A stretch of DNA of 40,691 nt from Catajapyx aquilonaris (lineage: Eukaryota). The stretch spans positions 1 through 40,691 of the forward strand of contig KZ538914.1 of the NCBI GenBank assembly GCA_000934665.2, given 5' to 3'. Below, in pieces: positions 32,758 to 40,691 of this stretch. The notes beneath the pieces were generated by a model. The model worked only from the letters and a program-made list of their open reading frames with translations. It made no database searches and was not told the DNA's origin. The translations under genes were made by a program, and so were the position numbers. Numbering within the stretch: the stretch's first letter is position 1; every line of letters starts with the position of its first letter.

Positions 32758-34413
32758 TCTCAACTCCCTAGGGGCGGCCGAGGGGGTAAATCCGGCACAG
32801 ACTCAACGGAATCAAATTGTTATCCTTCCAAGACTAATGTTCATAACCAATAAATTTTTCTAGGCATCATCTTTCTGCACTGAATCAAACTAAATCACTA
32901 CACAGCCCCTCAACGCATCACCAGATTCACTACAAACATGAAAACAAAGGAGCGGAACACGTGATGTCATGTGTAGCAAGGAAAGCTTTCAACTCGTGGT
33001 AAAAAATTGACCAAACTATGCATGGAAAAGCAGAAGCTACAGTTTCACAATAATAAGAAGTGGGAGCAAAATACAACTTCAGCTACACAAAATCTCGACA
33101 GGCTCTCTCAGCCTCCAGGGAACTTTTAACCAAATTTCAGCAGCATTCAGGGAAGCCCCTCCCTCCACCCACAAGTCCTCCTTTTCCATAATCCACCATC
33201 AATTATTCACTGGAGCAGGCGCCCCTTTTGAATAGGAATGACCCTCCAATGGGCCTCCTGGGGACCAGAGAGAGGCACGAAAGAGGATTTTGATCATAAA
33301 AAATACGTTGGCCCAAACTTTATTGGATGGACTCGGAAGCAGGATGGATGGCAAGTTGCAAAAAGGTTCACATGGGCACATTTGCAACTCTCGTGTGCTC
33401 TGTGTTTTACTACGACAGCACAGTGAAAAGAACCATATGTTTGCTCGTATACCCAGCAGGCCTGACACCTTTTCTCCGTAACATCCGCATACAAGTCCTA
33501 CCACACTTGACTACGAAAGTACTGCTCGTATTCACAACCCAGCCGCGAACAACCTCAAGTCCTAAATCCACTAATCATCTAGCAATACGCACCAGTTTCA
33601 ACTGGGCATACAAATGCGTTTTATGTTCTTGTCTCTTTAAAAAACGACCACATTAGAATACCAGGCTACTAAAGCCCTTTCAACTAGCAATTCCCTCAGA
33701 GCTCCTCCACCGCTGGTCATTATGATATTTCACATTCCCCCCGGAAAATCTTTGCATCCTTAACGCAACCGAACGCGATTCTCGCATGCAGCCCAAGTTT
33801 TTCTCCTACATTTTTAAAAAAATCCCCTACTTCCCACCAATACCGCATCAGTCAGCACCAAATTTGCCTTCCACCCATGCTAAATCTCAGCCCTGCCACC
33901 ACGTTGACTAATATGGCTCAGAATCCATGTCATACAAGCCATAGGGAACAGCTTGATCCAATTTGTCCTAAAAAAATCAAATCCTTTTATTGACCAAGTT
34001 GGGTTGCAGGCTCCGGAAATTAGGACGTGGCACCCATGGGAAAGCAGCCTCCCCTCAATTAGGACACCCCCTTCCTCTTAAGATGGTCCTGTACACGCCA
34101 ATCCCAAAGGACATGTCCCAAGGCTCCAAATCCCAACTGGGACACCCCCGGAGCCAAATGGAGGATGCTGCCGGCTGGCTGCCGGGGGGGAGGTGCGTCC
34201 GGATTCCGGGGAAAAAAAGGGGGGGGAGAAAAACCGGGAACAATCTAGCAGTACTGACCAAGGGTCGAATTCGTGGATGATGCTTTCGAATCGGATGACA
34301 GCGAAGAGTCGAGACGAAAATCCAGCAATCCATGCTAGGAAAAGGATGACAAAAACCAGGAGACTTTTGCAACCGGCAGGGTTGAAATAAGATGTCTTTC
34401 CGAGGCTCGCCAT
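17343..34413 (-). CDS. STT3B: Dolichyl-diphosphooligosaccharide--protein glycosyltransferase subunit STT3B; complement(join(17343..17420,19768..19980,20227..20340,20398..20931,20987..21216,21272..21450,21506..21677,21754..21952,22042..22285,29984..30202,34259..34413)), 2337 nt, 778 aa
   Basis: Motifs [41 protein letters not shown] and DINKFLWM are present. B-type features: [11 protein letters not shown], acidic/Ser linker ending NMYDKAGK, basic C-terminus TTKRKRG. All 10 introns are GT-AG with consistent phase. Confidence 0.95.
18069..18180. repeat. 112-bp near-perfect palindrome (foldback/MITE-like)
   Basis: CATGTACTATATCGCCCAAAAAGATAGAGACGATT...GTGCAA-C-TTGCAC...AATCGTCTCTATCTTTTTGAGCGATATAGTACATG. 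Confidence 0.9.
19768..19980 (-). CDS. STT3B: STT3B exon 10
   Basis: tttcag|[18 protein letters not shown]...[16 protein letters not shown]...FVSKK|gttagc. Confidence 0.95.
20227..20340 (-). CDS. STT3B: STT3B exon 9
   Basis: ttgcag|[14 protein letters not shown]...[14 protein letters not shown]|gtgggt. Confidence 0.95.
20398..20931 (-). CDS. STT3B: STT3B exon 8
   Basis: atgtag|[10 protein letters not shown]...WWDYGYQ...[21 protein letters not shown]|gtcagt. Confidence 0.95.
20987..21216 (-). CDS. STT3B: STT3B exon 7
   Basis: ttgcag|[25 protein letters not shown]...NMYDK|gtaggt. Confidence 0.94.
21272..21450 (-). CDS. STT3B: STT3B exon 6
   Basis: ttgcag|[29 protein letters not shown]...NDERVF G|gtaagt. 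Confidence 0.95.
21506..21677 (-). CDS. STT3B: STT3B exon 5
   Basis: ttgcag|GA VFVLLNA...VIAPWSG AG|gtatgt. Confidence 0.94.
21754..21952 (-). CDS. STT3B: STT3B exon 4
   Basis: ttttag|[17 protein letters not shown]...[12 protein letters not shown]|gtagga. Confidence 0.95.
22042..22285 (-). CDS. STT3B: STT3B exon 3
   Basis: ccccag|T GLTACATY...[16 protein letters not shown]...YFYM|gtgcgg. Confidence 0.95.
22487..22526. repeat. (CT)n microsatellite
   Basis: Seen directly; similar (GA)n tracts near 13790 and 32725. Confidence 0.9.
22971..23092 (+). mobile_element. 3' fragment of SINE family A
   Basis: GCCCGTGGGCC...AATAAAGGTCCGTGC...AGCACTACCC followed by (ATT)n, matching the 3' end of the copy at 36685. 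Confidence 0.65.
23198..23578. mobile_element. Tc1/mariner-type MITE with long (about 120-bp) diverged TIRs
   Basis: TA|CAGGGTGTCCATAACATCTGGAACCAATGGCAG...CTGCCATTGGTTCCAGATTTTATGACCACCCTG|TA. Confidence 0.85.
24042..24315 (+). mobile_element. tRNA-derived SINE, family A
   Basis: A box TGGCGCTGCGG, B box GGTTCGATAC; body TCTCTGGCTTCGTCTCGGGTGG...CACAAAATGACC...TTGCACATCCCCTCC shared with the copies at 36685 and 37480. Confidence 0.8.
25224..25372. mobile_element. Tc1-type MITE
   Basis: TA|CAGTGTTGGACATTAAT...ATTAATGTCCAACACTG|TA with inner inverted repeat AGCGACATTTTCC/GGAAAATGTCGCT. Confidence 0.8.
28324..28489. mobile_element. Degenerate Tc1/mariner-type MITE
   Basis: TA|CAGGGTGTCCCGGAAA...TTTACCGGACAACCTG|TA. 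Confidence 0.55.
28747..29024 (-). mobile_element. tRNA-derived SINE with a Deu/Nin-like central domain, 17-bp TSD
   Basis: Minus strand: TGGACTAGTGG (A box), GGTTCGAACTC (B box), CTTCGGAGGGGAAGTAAAGCCGTCGGTCCC...GCACGTTAAAGATCCCC...GACGTTAAGCCCC. TSD GCCGTCAAAGGGTTACT at 28730-28746 and 29025-29041. Confidence 0.85.
29812..29884 (-). tRNA. tRNA-Gln-derived gene or pseudogene with an 8-nt anticodon loop (CT-CTTG-AG)
   Basis: GATTCCA-TG-GTGT AACGGTTA GCAC-A-CTGGA CTCTTGAG TCGAG-TGGT-CCGAG TTCAAAT CTCGG-TGGGATC-A closely follows the animal tRNA-Gln sequence. One G-G mismatch in the anticodon stem; T5 terminator 15 nt downstream (29792-29796). Confidence 0.8.
29984..30202 (-). CDS. STT3B: STT3B exon 2
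   Basis: caacag|[10 protein letters not shown]...[16 protein letters not shown]...LAPIF AG|gtactg. Confidence 0.95.
30376..30780. mobile_element. Old degenerate Kolobok-type MITE related to 4964-5377
   Basis: TTAAAGGGGCACTCC start; GGTAACCCCAGGGCGCAAGGTCAAAGT resembles GGTAATCCCAGGGCGAGGTGTCAAAGT; inverted partner CCTGGGGTTACC near 30705. Confidence 0.55.
31007..31317 (+). mobile_element. Full-length tRNA-derived SINE with a V/Meta-like core, (TTA)n tail and 15-bp TSD
   Basis: TGGCGGAGTGG (A box), GAGTTCGATCCC (B box), core GTGGGTTTTCTCGGGGTTCTCCCGTTTCCTCCC; TSD AATAACAATTTATAA at 30992-31006 and 31318-31332. Confidence 0.9.
32294..32799. mobile_element. Composite hAT-type MITE
   Basis: CAGCGCCGGAYTTA left ends at 32294, about 32423 and 32572; one right end TAAATCCGGCACA; 8-bp TSD GACTCAAC at 32286-32293 and 32800-32807. 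Confidence 0.75.
34259..34413 (-). CDS. STT3B: STT3B exon 1 (coding part)
   Basis: ATG at 34413 (AACATGG context); [10 protein letters not shown]...IIHEFDP TG|gtcagt. Confidence 0.92.
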
Positions 34414-34600
34414 GTTGAATTGACGAGACCCCCTCTCACACACTCGATCCCTCCCCGGCTCCCCGGCCGGTACACGTTGATGATGAGGAGCTTCCACGTG
34501 CCGATATGTATCTAACCGGTTTACACTATAAAGCTAGATAGAGCGTACCTGGTGTTTGGCTATTATTAGTGTCTACTACTTGCAGTTTTTTGGAAGTAAA
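34414..34600 (-). promoter_or_regulatory. STT3B 5' UTR / promoter region
   Basis: Immediately upstream of the ATG, CpG-rich, with a strand-composition switch; the exact TSS cannot be determined. Confidence 0.5.
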
Positions 34601-35042
34601 TTGTTATATTAGAGGCTGGGGGTATTGATCCGGGTGGGCCTAAATAGTGGGATGGGCGCCTCACGGTTTAGAGCAAGGAACGGACCGGATGGCGCTTGGT
34701 CAAGTAGCGCCTCTGTGTTCTGTGGGCGCCGGGACTTTTGGAATGTCTATTGTGCGGTTTGGAGTTGTTGGTTGTTATTGTGGGACGAACGTTGCATCGG
34801 GGCTGATTGTGCATCGGGATTGTGTAGGTGGGCATGTAGGTGAGTTAATGGTGGTTAGGGATAGCAGGTGGAATTTGCGGAAGGGGTACTGACAGTGAGT
34901 GATAAGTCAGATTGTGTTGTGTGTACCGTATACCGGGTGTACCTCATCCGGCTCTGCGTCTGACACTATATGACACCAGACTATATACCTTAAGGGGGGG
35001 GACACGGGGGCACGTGCCCCCCCCCCCCGAGGAAAAAAAACG

Positions 35043-35171
35043 NNNNNNNNNNNNNNNNNNNNNNNNNNNNNNNNNNNNNNNNNNNNNNNNNNNNNNNNNN
35101 NNNNNNNNNNNNNNNNNNNNNNNNNNNNNNNNNNNNNNNNNNNNNNNNNNNNNNNNNNNNNNNNNNNNNNN
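35043..35171. other. Assembly gap (129 N) inside a G/C-run hAT-like MITE (right end ...GGGTCCGCCCCTG at 35214)
   Basis: N run flanked by GGGGGCACGTGCCCCC and AAAAAATTTCTGGGTCCGCCCCTG. Confidence 0.85.
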
Positions 35172-35336
35172 CCCCCCCCCCCCCCGCCAGAAAAAATTTC
35201 TGGGTCCGCCCCTGGGTAGGCCTACTTTTTCCGTTTGCTGATACCCACTATGCATATTTTCTGGAACAGGTATACCCTTTAGTGTTACTCCATGGAAATG
35301 CAGTCATTGTTGACACTGTTTACTGCATGAAAATGT

Positions 35337-35518
35337 GAAAGGTGGGATTGTTGACTATAACAAAAGGGCAGGCAGGCCTGCCCTTTTGTTATAGTCAACA
35401 ATCCCACCTTTCGAAGGTACTTTTCCGTTCGCTGATACCAACTACGCATATTTTCTGGAACAGGCCTGTTCCAGAAAATATGCGTAGTTGGTATCAGCGA
35501 ACGGAAAAGTACCTTCGA
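35337..35518. repeat. Two abutting perfect palindromes (37-bp arms with a 2-nt spacer; 54-bp arms with no spacer)
   Basis: 35337-35412 and 35411-35518, checked base by base; a diverged third arm lies at 35224-35270. Confidence 0.95.
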
Positions 35519-36538
35519 TTGTACTGTCACTTTTTGAGCTGGAAAATTGGTTTTTTGGTTCAGCCGGCAATGTTTGTTTTACCCCCCTTTTAAAAAATGC
35601 TTAACAGCTTCTTGTAGGGGATTCTATCTACTTCTAATATGGAATATAGATACTATAGAAGATAAGTTCTTTCTTATTAAAAGTAGATAAATCCTGTCGT
35701 ACTATTGAAGCAGTTGTGGGGATTCTTCAAGGTTACAGTGGAAGTTTATTGTGTGGTTTGGGCATTAGCATAATTTTAGTCAATCTCGAAGACGTGGATA
35801 GCAATTGATCTAGTTGCCATGGAAAAAAAACCCAAACTTCCACTGCAATGTCATTTTGGATGAGACTTCGGACTGGAAGAGAATAAAGCGATTTCTCATC
35901 TCTTTGATGACTGGGGAGTTTTTTTTTTGCTTAGAACCGCCCCCCTTGACCTTGCCCCTATAAGACCATAATTTTGGCCCTGAGTGGGGGATAAAAAATT
36001 GTTGATCCTCCTGGCTAGGGAACAATGACCACTTCTTCTTGAGGCATGTGTGCCATTGTTTGAGTTGAACTTTGGACTGCTATCACACCCAGGCTTCTTT
36101 CCAGAAGAGCAGATATCAAATTCCAAGCTGTAATGCAATGCCTGGGATGCTGTTTGTAAGGCTAAATATAAAGTCTCAGCAACTTGTATAATTACGTACC
36201 TTCATGCTGGACGGTACCATCTGTTTTACAGGGTGTTTCAGAAGTTACTGACAAATTTTCAGGAAGGCCTTATATGAGCCTGAGGATAACTTTAAATAGA
36301 GAGGTCATTTCGTGTCTGCCGCTTATAGTTACGAGATAATGGGCTATGTATCGTGCAGTGTAGCATATTCTGGAGGGTTTTCATCTGACCACATACAGGG
36401 TGCATCGAAAACTATGCATTCTCTGCTAGTGAGTGGTACCAGTGGTACAGGTGATGCAATCTGTGGCATCAATGAAAACTGTATGCATGGTAACATTTGC
36501 ACACCAAGTGTAATTGTTATCGCAGAAATTATCAACTA

Positions 36539-36681
36539 CAGCAACTTATCAAAATTATGCCGACTGGCTGTATGCGAGCTTTACAGCAACATATTATGGA
36601 CTGCCATACAGCTCCCTAGTCCATGCTATGTTGCTGTAAAGCTCGCATACAGCCAGCCGGCATAATTTTGATAAGTTGCTG
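36539..36681. mobile_element. Palindromic TA-flanked MITE
   Basis: TA|CAGCAACTTATCAAAATTATGCCG...CGGCATAATTTTGATAAGTTGCTG|TA, arms about 54 bp. Confidence 0.8.
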
Positions 36682-36684
36682 TAG

Positions 36685-37056
36685 CGGAGTGGCGCTGCGG
36701 TAACGTGTGCGCCCACAGATGTTAAGGTCCCGGGTTCAATCCCAGCCCGGGGTTACCCCCTTCATATCGTGCAGAGTTCGGGGTCATCTCTGGCTTCGTC
36801 TCGGGTGGTATCTCCGTTAAGACAAAACCACATGGGGGGGAGGTCACAAAATGACCACAGTAACGACACTGCACTGCACCTTGCACATCCCCTCCTGTCA
36901 ACCTGCCCGTGGGCCGGGCGTTTCAAAAACTGTGGTTCCAATGGACTATGTATCCTACAACAACGGTACAATAAAGGTCCGTGCGAGAAACACCAATAGG
37001 GGTAAAGCACTACCCAAGGATGATGATGATTATTGTTGTTGTTGGTTGTTGTTGTT

Positions 37057-37090
<34 letters not shown>

Positions 37091-37114
37091 TATTATATAT
37101 AATTATATATAATA

Positions 37115-37167
<53 letters not shown>
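36685..37167 (+). mobile_element. SINE family A, near full length, with a compound microsatellite tail
   Basis: TGGCGCTGCGG / GGTTCAATCCC boxes, family A body, then (GAT)n(GTT)n(AAT)n(TAT)n; the tail resumes at 38013. Confidence 0.8.
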
Positions 37168-37168
<1 letters not shown>

Positions 37169-38012
37169 TAGCAGGTTACCCGGCGTTGCCCAGGTATGTT
37201 GGGGTGCCGGTACAGATTATCTGTGATAGATTACCTGTTTGTCTTATAGCGTACAGTCGACACGGATATTCTGATTGGATGTGTAAAAGGAGGAATGCGG
37301 ATGGAGTTGGCCCAGGAAAAGACTGCACAGCCATGTGTTTTTCCCCCTGCATTTTTGACCCCTTGACCCCCCCTCCCTCCCCCAACCCCACTTCACACCC
37401 CCACCTCGTTCCATATGTTTGCTCTGGATAACTTTACAAATGTACGTACAGATGTATGATGGGAAATTTTGTTTTCAACACGGAGTAATATAAAGTTGTG
37501 CTGCGGGAACGTCGGGTTCGATCCCAGCCCGGGGTTCCCTCCTTCATCCCGTGCAGAGTTGGGTCGTCTCTGGCTTCGTTTCGGGTGGAATCTCCTCAGA
37601 CTAATTCACCCGGGGGAGTTCACAAAATATACCGTTTGAGAATTGCTCCCACCTTGCACATCCCCTCCCAGTCACCCTGCCCGTGGGCTCGGGCGCTACG
37701 TCAAAAAGGTTCTATCAAGACAAAATAAAGGTTCTCTCCCGGCGGTACGATGCAGGGAGGTAAATAGCTAAAAAAAGAGAGGCATTTCCATGGGAATGCA
37801 AATTGATTTATTGCTATTGATGTAAGCTAATTGTTGAGGCAGGAATATGCGTGTTGTGGGAGTTAGGTACATTTTCGGAAGCTGAAACATGCGGCGTTAG
37901 ATTCCTTGGAAGAAGTAACCCCCGATATGCTAATTTAAGGCGGTGTAGGGGCCTTCCCCTGGATTTCTATAAGGGACAAACATCCAAACTTCCTTATTTA
38001 TAGATATAGAGA
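37168..38012 (-). mobile_element. Non-autonomous Helitron inserted in the SINE tail
   Basis: Minus strand A|TCTCTATATCTATAAATAAGG 5' end; 3' hairpin CCTGG-GCAACG-CCGGG, 7 nt, CTAG|T; (TTA)n on both flanks, no TSD. Confidence 0.8.
37480..37760 (+). mobile_element. SINE family A copy inside the Helitron
   Basis: GGGTTCGATCCCAGCCCGGGG...TCTCTGGCTTCGTTTCGGGTGG...TTGCACATCCCCTCC...AATAAAGGT. Confidence 0.75.
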
Positions 38013-38295
38013 TTATTATTATTATTATATTAAATATCGTGGACTGCCATACCTGCACAAAAATTTCAGCAGTTGCATGAATCTCTCGGAGTTTCATCAC
38101 AACTTGTGCAAGATCATCTTCTGTGGTCATTGGGGGTTTATGCAAAACTACTCTTTTTACACTTTTTAAAAGGAAATATATACTGATAGGGTTTTGCAGG
38201 AGTTACAAGAAGTATTTACTCTATGAGATGCCATCTATAGACATAGCTTGACTGCTATAAAAATTATTTGTGTATATTGGCATCATGGGCTATTC

Positions 38296-38426
38296 TGCCA
38301 TCAGGTGCAGGAAGACCGTAACTCAAAAACTAGTAAGGGTGAAGTAGAGGGGATTAGTGCAGGGCATGCATGCGACTTTTACCCTTACTAATTTTTGAGT
38401 TACGGTCTTCTTACATCTGAAGGCAG
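38296..38426. repeat. Inverted repeat (MITE-like)
   Basis: GAAGACCGTAACTCAAAAACTAGTAAGGGT / ACCCTTACTAATTTTTGAGTTACGGTCTTC with extended flanking complementarity. Confidence 0.7.
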
Positions 38427-39478
38427 TATTGCTATGGGATCATTTTTATAGCCTACAAACTCTTTGTTGATTCAATTAGGTGAGGCAGTTGCTTTGGTAA
38501 GTACTACAGTGTAATGCAGTGGTGTTTGGTGTATAATTTTAGATATCTAGGCTTAAAATTGCTGAACTTTGACAATTCATATAAATGGTTTGGTGAAACA
38601 GGCGTTATTTAAATCGATAGTGGGGTGACACTACAAAAAAGTCCAGGTTTGTTATCATTTTAATTGCATACAATTACTTTTTAGAGCATTGCTGTTATTA
38701 TTTGAATTGAATATTTAGGGAAAAGCTACTTTTTTTTGTTTTAGGTCCATTTAGGCCAGACCTATAGCCCCCAACAGTGGGTTATGACATTTGTCAATTT
38801 GTAATTTCTACCGCAGTACTAATTTGCCACTTTTTTGCTATGAAACAGTTTCTTATAAATCATTAAGTCTCTATTACAGGGCTATTCAACTGGCATGTCA
38901 GGCTTATGCCTAATATCATAATTTGACAAATTCCATTCATTAACAGCACACACATAACCAAAATAACTTATAGGCATTTAAAAAACTGTATATCTACACT
39001 ATGTGACAGGTTTAGAGACTGAGAAACAAAACCACATACCAGTATGCTATAGTAGGCATAGACCTAATAAGGGTCAAAGATAAAAACCAGATAATTAAAA
39101 CAAGTCCATTCCTACAGTAACAACACACGAAAAAAGGGGGCCATATTCACTGTTCATTGTTTATTGTAAAGCAAGGACTTGGTAGTTATCAGGGTTTTAT
39201 AATTCAGGAATTTCTATCGTCCCCCTACAGGGTACAGTAAAGGGATTACAAATTTAGAATTCAGATATGTAATTATAATTTAAAAATATATAAATTTGTT
39301 ATCCCTTGACATTTGGACAGTTGTTAGATATTTAGTTATTGTGTTAGTTTTTCATTTGCTCATAAAGAGAAAAATAATAAAAATTATTAAACAAAACATT
39401 TCAGATATCTGCGTCAAATTACTCACAGGCCTTCAGCAAATTTTTAAAAATAGCAAAATGGTTAACTTACAACAAATA

Positions 39479-39829
39479 CAGGAAGTCCTCGGTTTACGAA
39501 CTTATAGCAATCCGTACTTACGAACGGGCTCCCAAACCTCTCCATAAGGATGATTTATAATTATTCCTCCACTTTAAATCACTTCTGCATACGTTGACTG
39601 ACACGAAGTTAATCATAAATACCTCTTGTAAATACCGTATAATTAATAATTGGGAAACTACGTTCTTCCGTGCCTGTAACAAACACACATGATGAACGCG
39701 GTTCGTTGAAGCAGCAGCTTTACGCTGCATATAATTATGCGCTGTTCCTCAGGGATTCGAGTTATGTACAAATCTGACTTACGGACATTTTGAGGAACGT
39801 AACCCCCGTTCGTAGACCGGGACTTCCTG
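39479..39829. mobile_element. Tigger/pogo-like non-autonomous DNA transposon
   Basis: TA|CAGGAAGTCCTCGGTTTACGAAC...GTTCGTAGACCGGGACTTCCTG|TA. Confidence 0.8.
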
Positions 39830-40596
39830 TAGGTTGCAAACTGTTGACCTAATTCTTGCACATTTGCAGCCTTGAAACAGCCTCATTCAAAATTTTGTGA
39901 GCCATTCGAGTAGAATAAAATTATGTGAATGAAACCATCTAAAAAATTATGTTTTAATATTTGGAAAATGTGGAAGATTGTTTCTTAAGTATCAAAATGC
40001 CCAGAGAGGTTCCAGCAGCATCAGGGTTCTGAAGACGCCAATATATTGCTTACAGAGTAAAAATAGAGAAGAGTGAAATAGAGTATAAGGAATTCTGTAA
40101 TGTGGAAACTGGAAAATGTGTGTCCCCCGAAACAGGGCCACAGGGGTAGGAAAATAAATAAAAAGTAAAAATAATATATTGCTTACAGTTGAATTAAGGA
40201 AAATTTTGCAGACATAACGAGCTTCATCAATTATTAATATTATTTAAGTTGAGCCACAAAGCTGCAGACCACTATAACAGCAGAAAATGTGTGCAGCATT
40301 TGCATTATTTTACCAGCAGATTTCTATAAAATTAGAATCATGTGTATAATATGGACTCATTTTAAACCCATGGTTTGTTAATTCTACACTACATTAGATC
40401 ATACATCATATGGAAAAATGAGAGAGAAAATATCACAATATGAAACTGTGCTTGATCATGGATGAGAGTGCATTATTTTATAGATATTGTACAGTCTGTC
40501 CTCTACATATATTTCGGGCACTGCATTAGATCTACTTTTATACGACCTCAAGCAAGGGGTTAGCCACTTTCCTCCAGAGATGGGCAGTATTTAAAT

Positions 40597-40691
40597 ACAA
40601 CAACAACAACAACAACAACAACATCACGACATTTCCCTATGAGGGGTAGTCAGCGATGAAGGGAGACGCAAGCTAACCCAACATATGAACT
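40597..40691 (-). mobile_element. Probable retroposon 3' end with a (TTG)n tail, cut by the window edge
   Basis: (CAA)n on + followed by unique sequence; this tail type is common in RTE-related elements; no TSD visible. Confidence 0.3.

Noticed and set aside
34414..34497. N-terminal extension of STT3B suggested by ORF 34078..34497
   Set aside because: It starts at GTG; the ATG at 34413 has a good context and gives a normal-length protein
39405..39460. Possible + strand exon (ttcag|ATATCTGC...AAAATG|gttaac)
   Set aside because: Weak donor, no recognisable protein similarity, AT-rich context

Overview
Eukaryotic (invertebrate-type) genomic DNA holding two convergent spliced genes. On the + strand are the last six exons of a receptor (transmembrane-type) guanylyl cyclase: end of the kinase-homology domain, coiled coil and cyclase domain (4202-13238; the 5' part lies upstream of the window). 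On the - strand is a complete 11-exon STT3B oligosaccharyltransferase catalytic subunit (34413-17343, 778 aa when spliced). The large introns and flanks are packed with short non-autonomous elements: three tRNA-derived SINE families (two copies with perfect TSDs), Helitron and Helentron/DINE-like elements, and Tc1/mariner-, Kolobok-, piggyBac-, hAT- and P-like MITEs, several of them nested. There are also local tandem duplications that preserve empty and filled insertion sites. The most unusual observation is two solitary intronic tRNA-like genes (4674-4747 +, 29812-29884 -). Both keep fully paired acceptor, D and T stems and intact A/B boxes, but their anticodon arms are expanded (+3 and +1 nt) and can fold as long tetraloop hairpins. 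Most short ORFs in the track are spurious. All calls are made by eye; no database searches were run.
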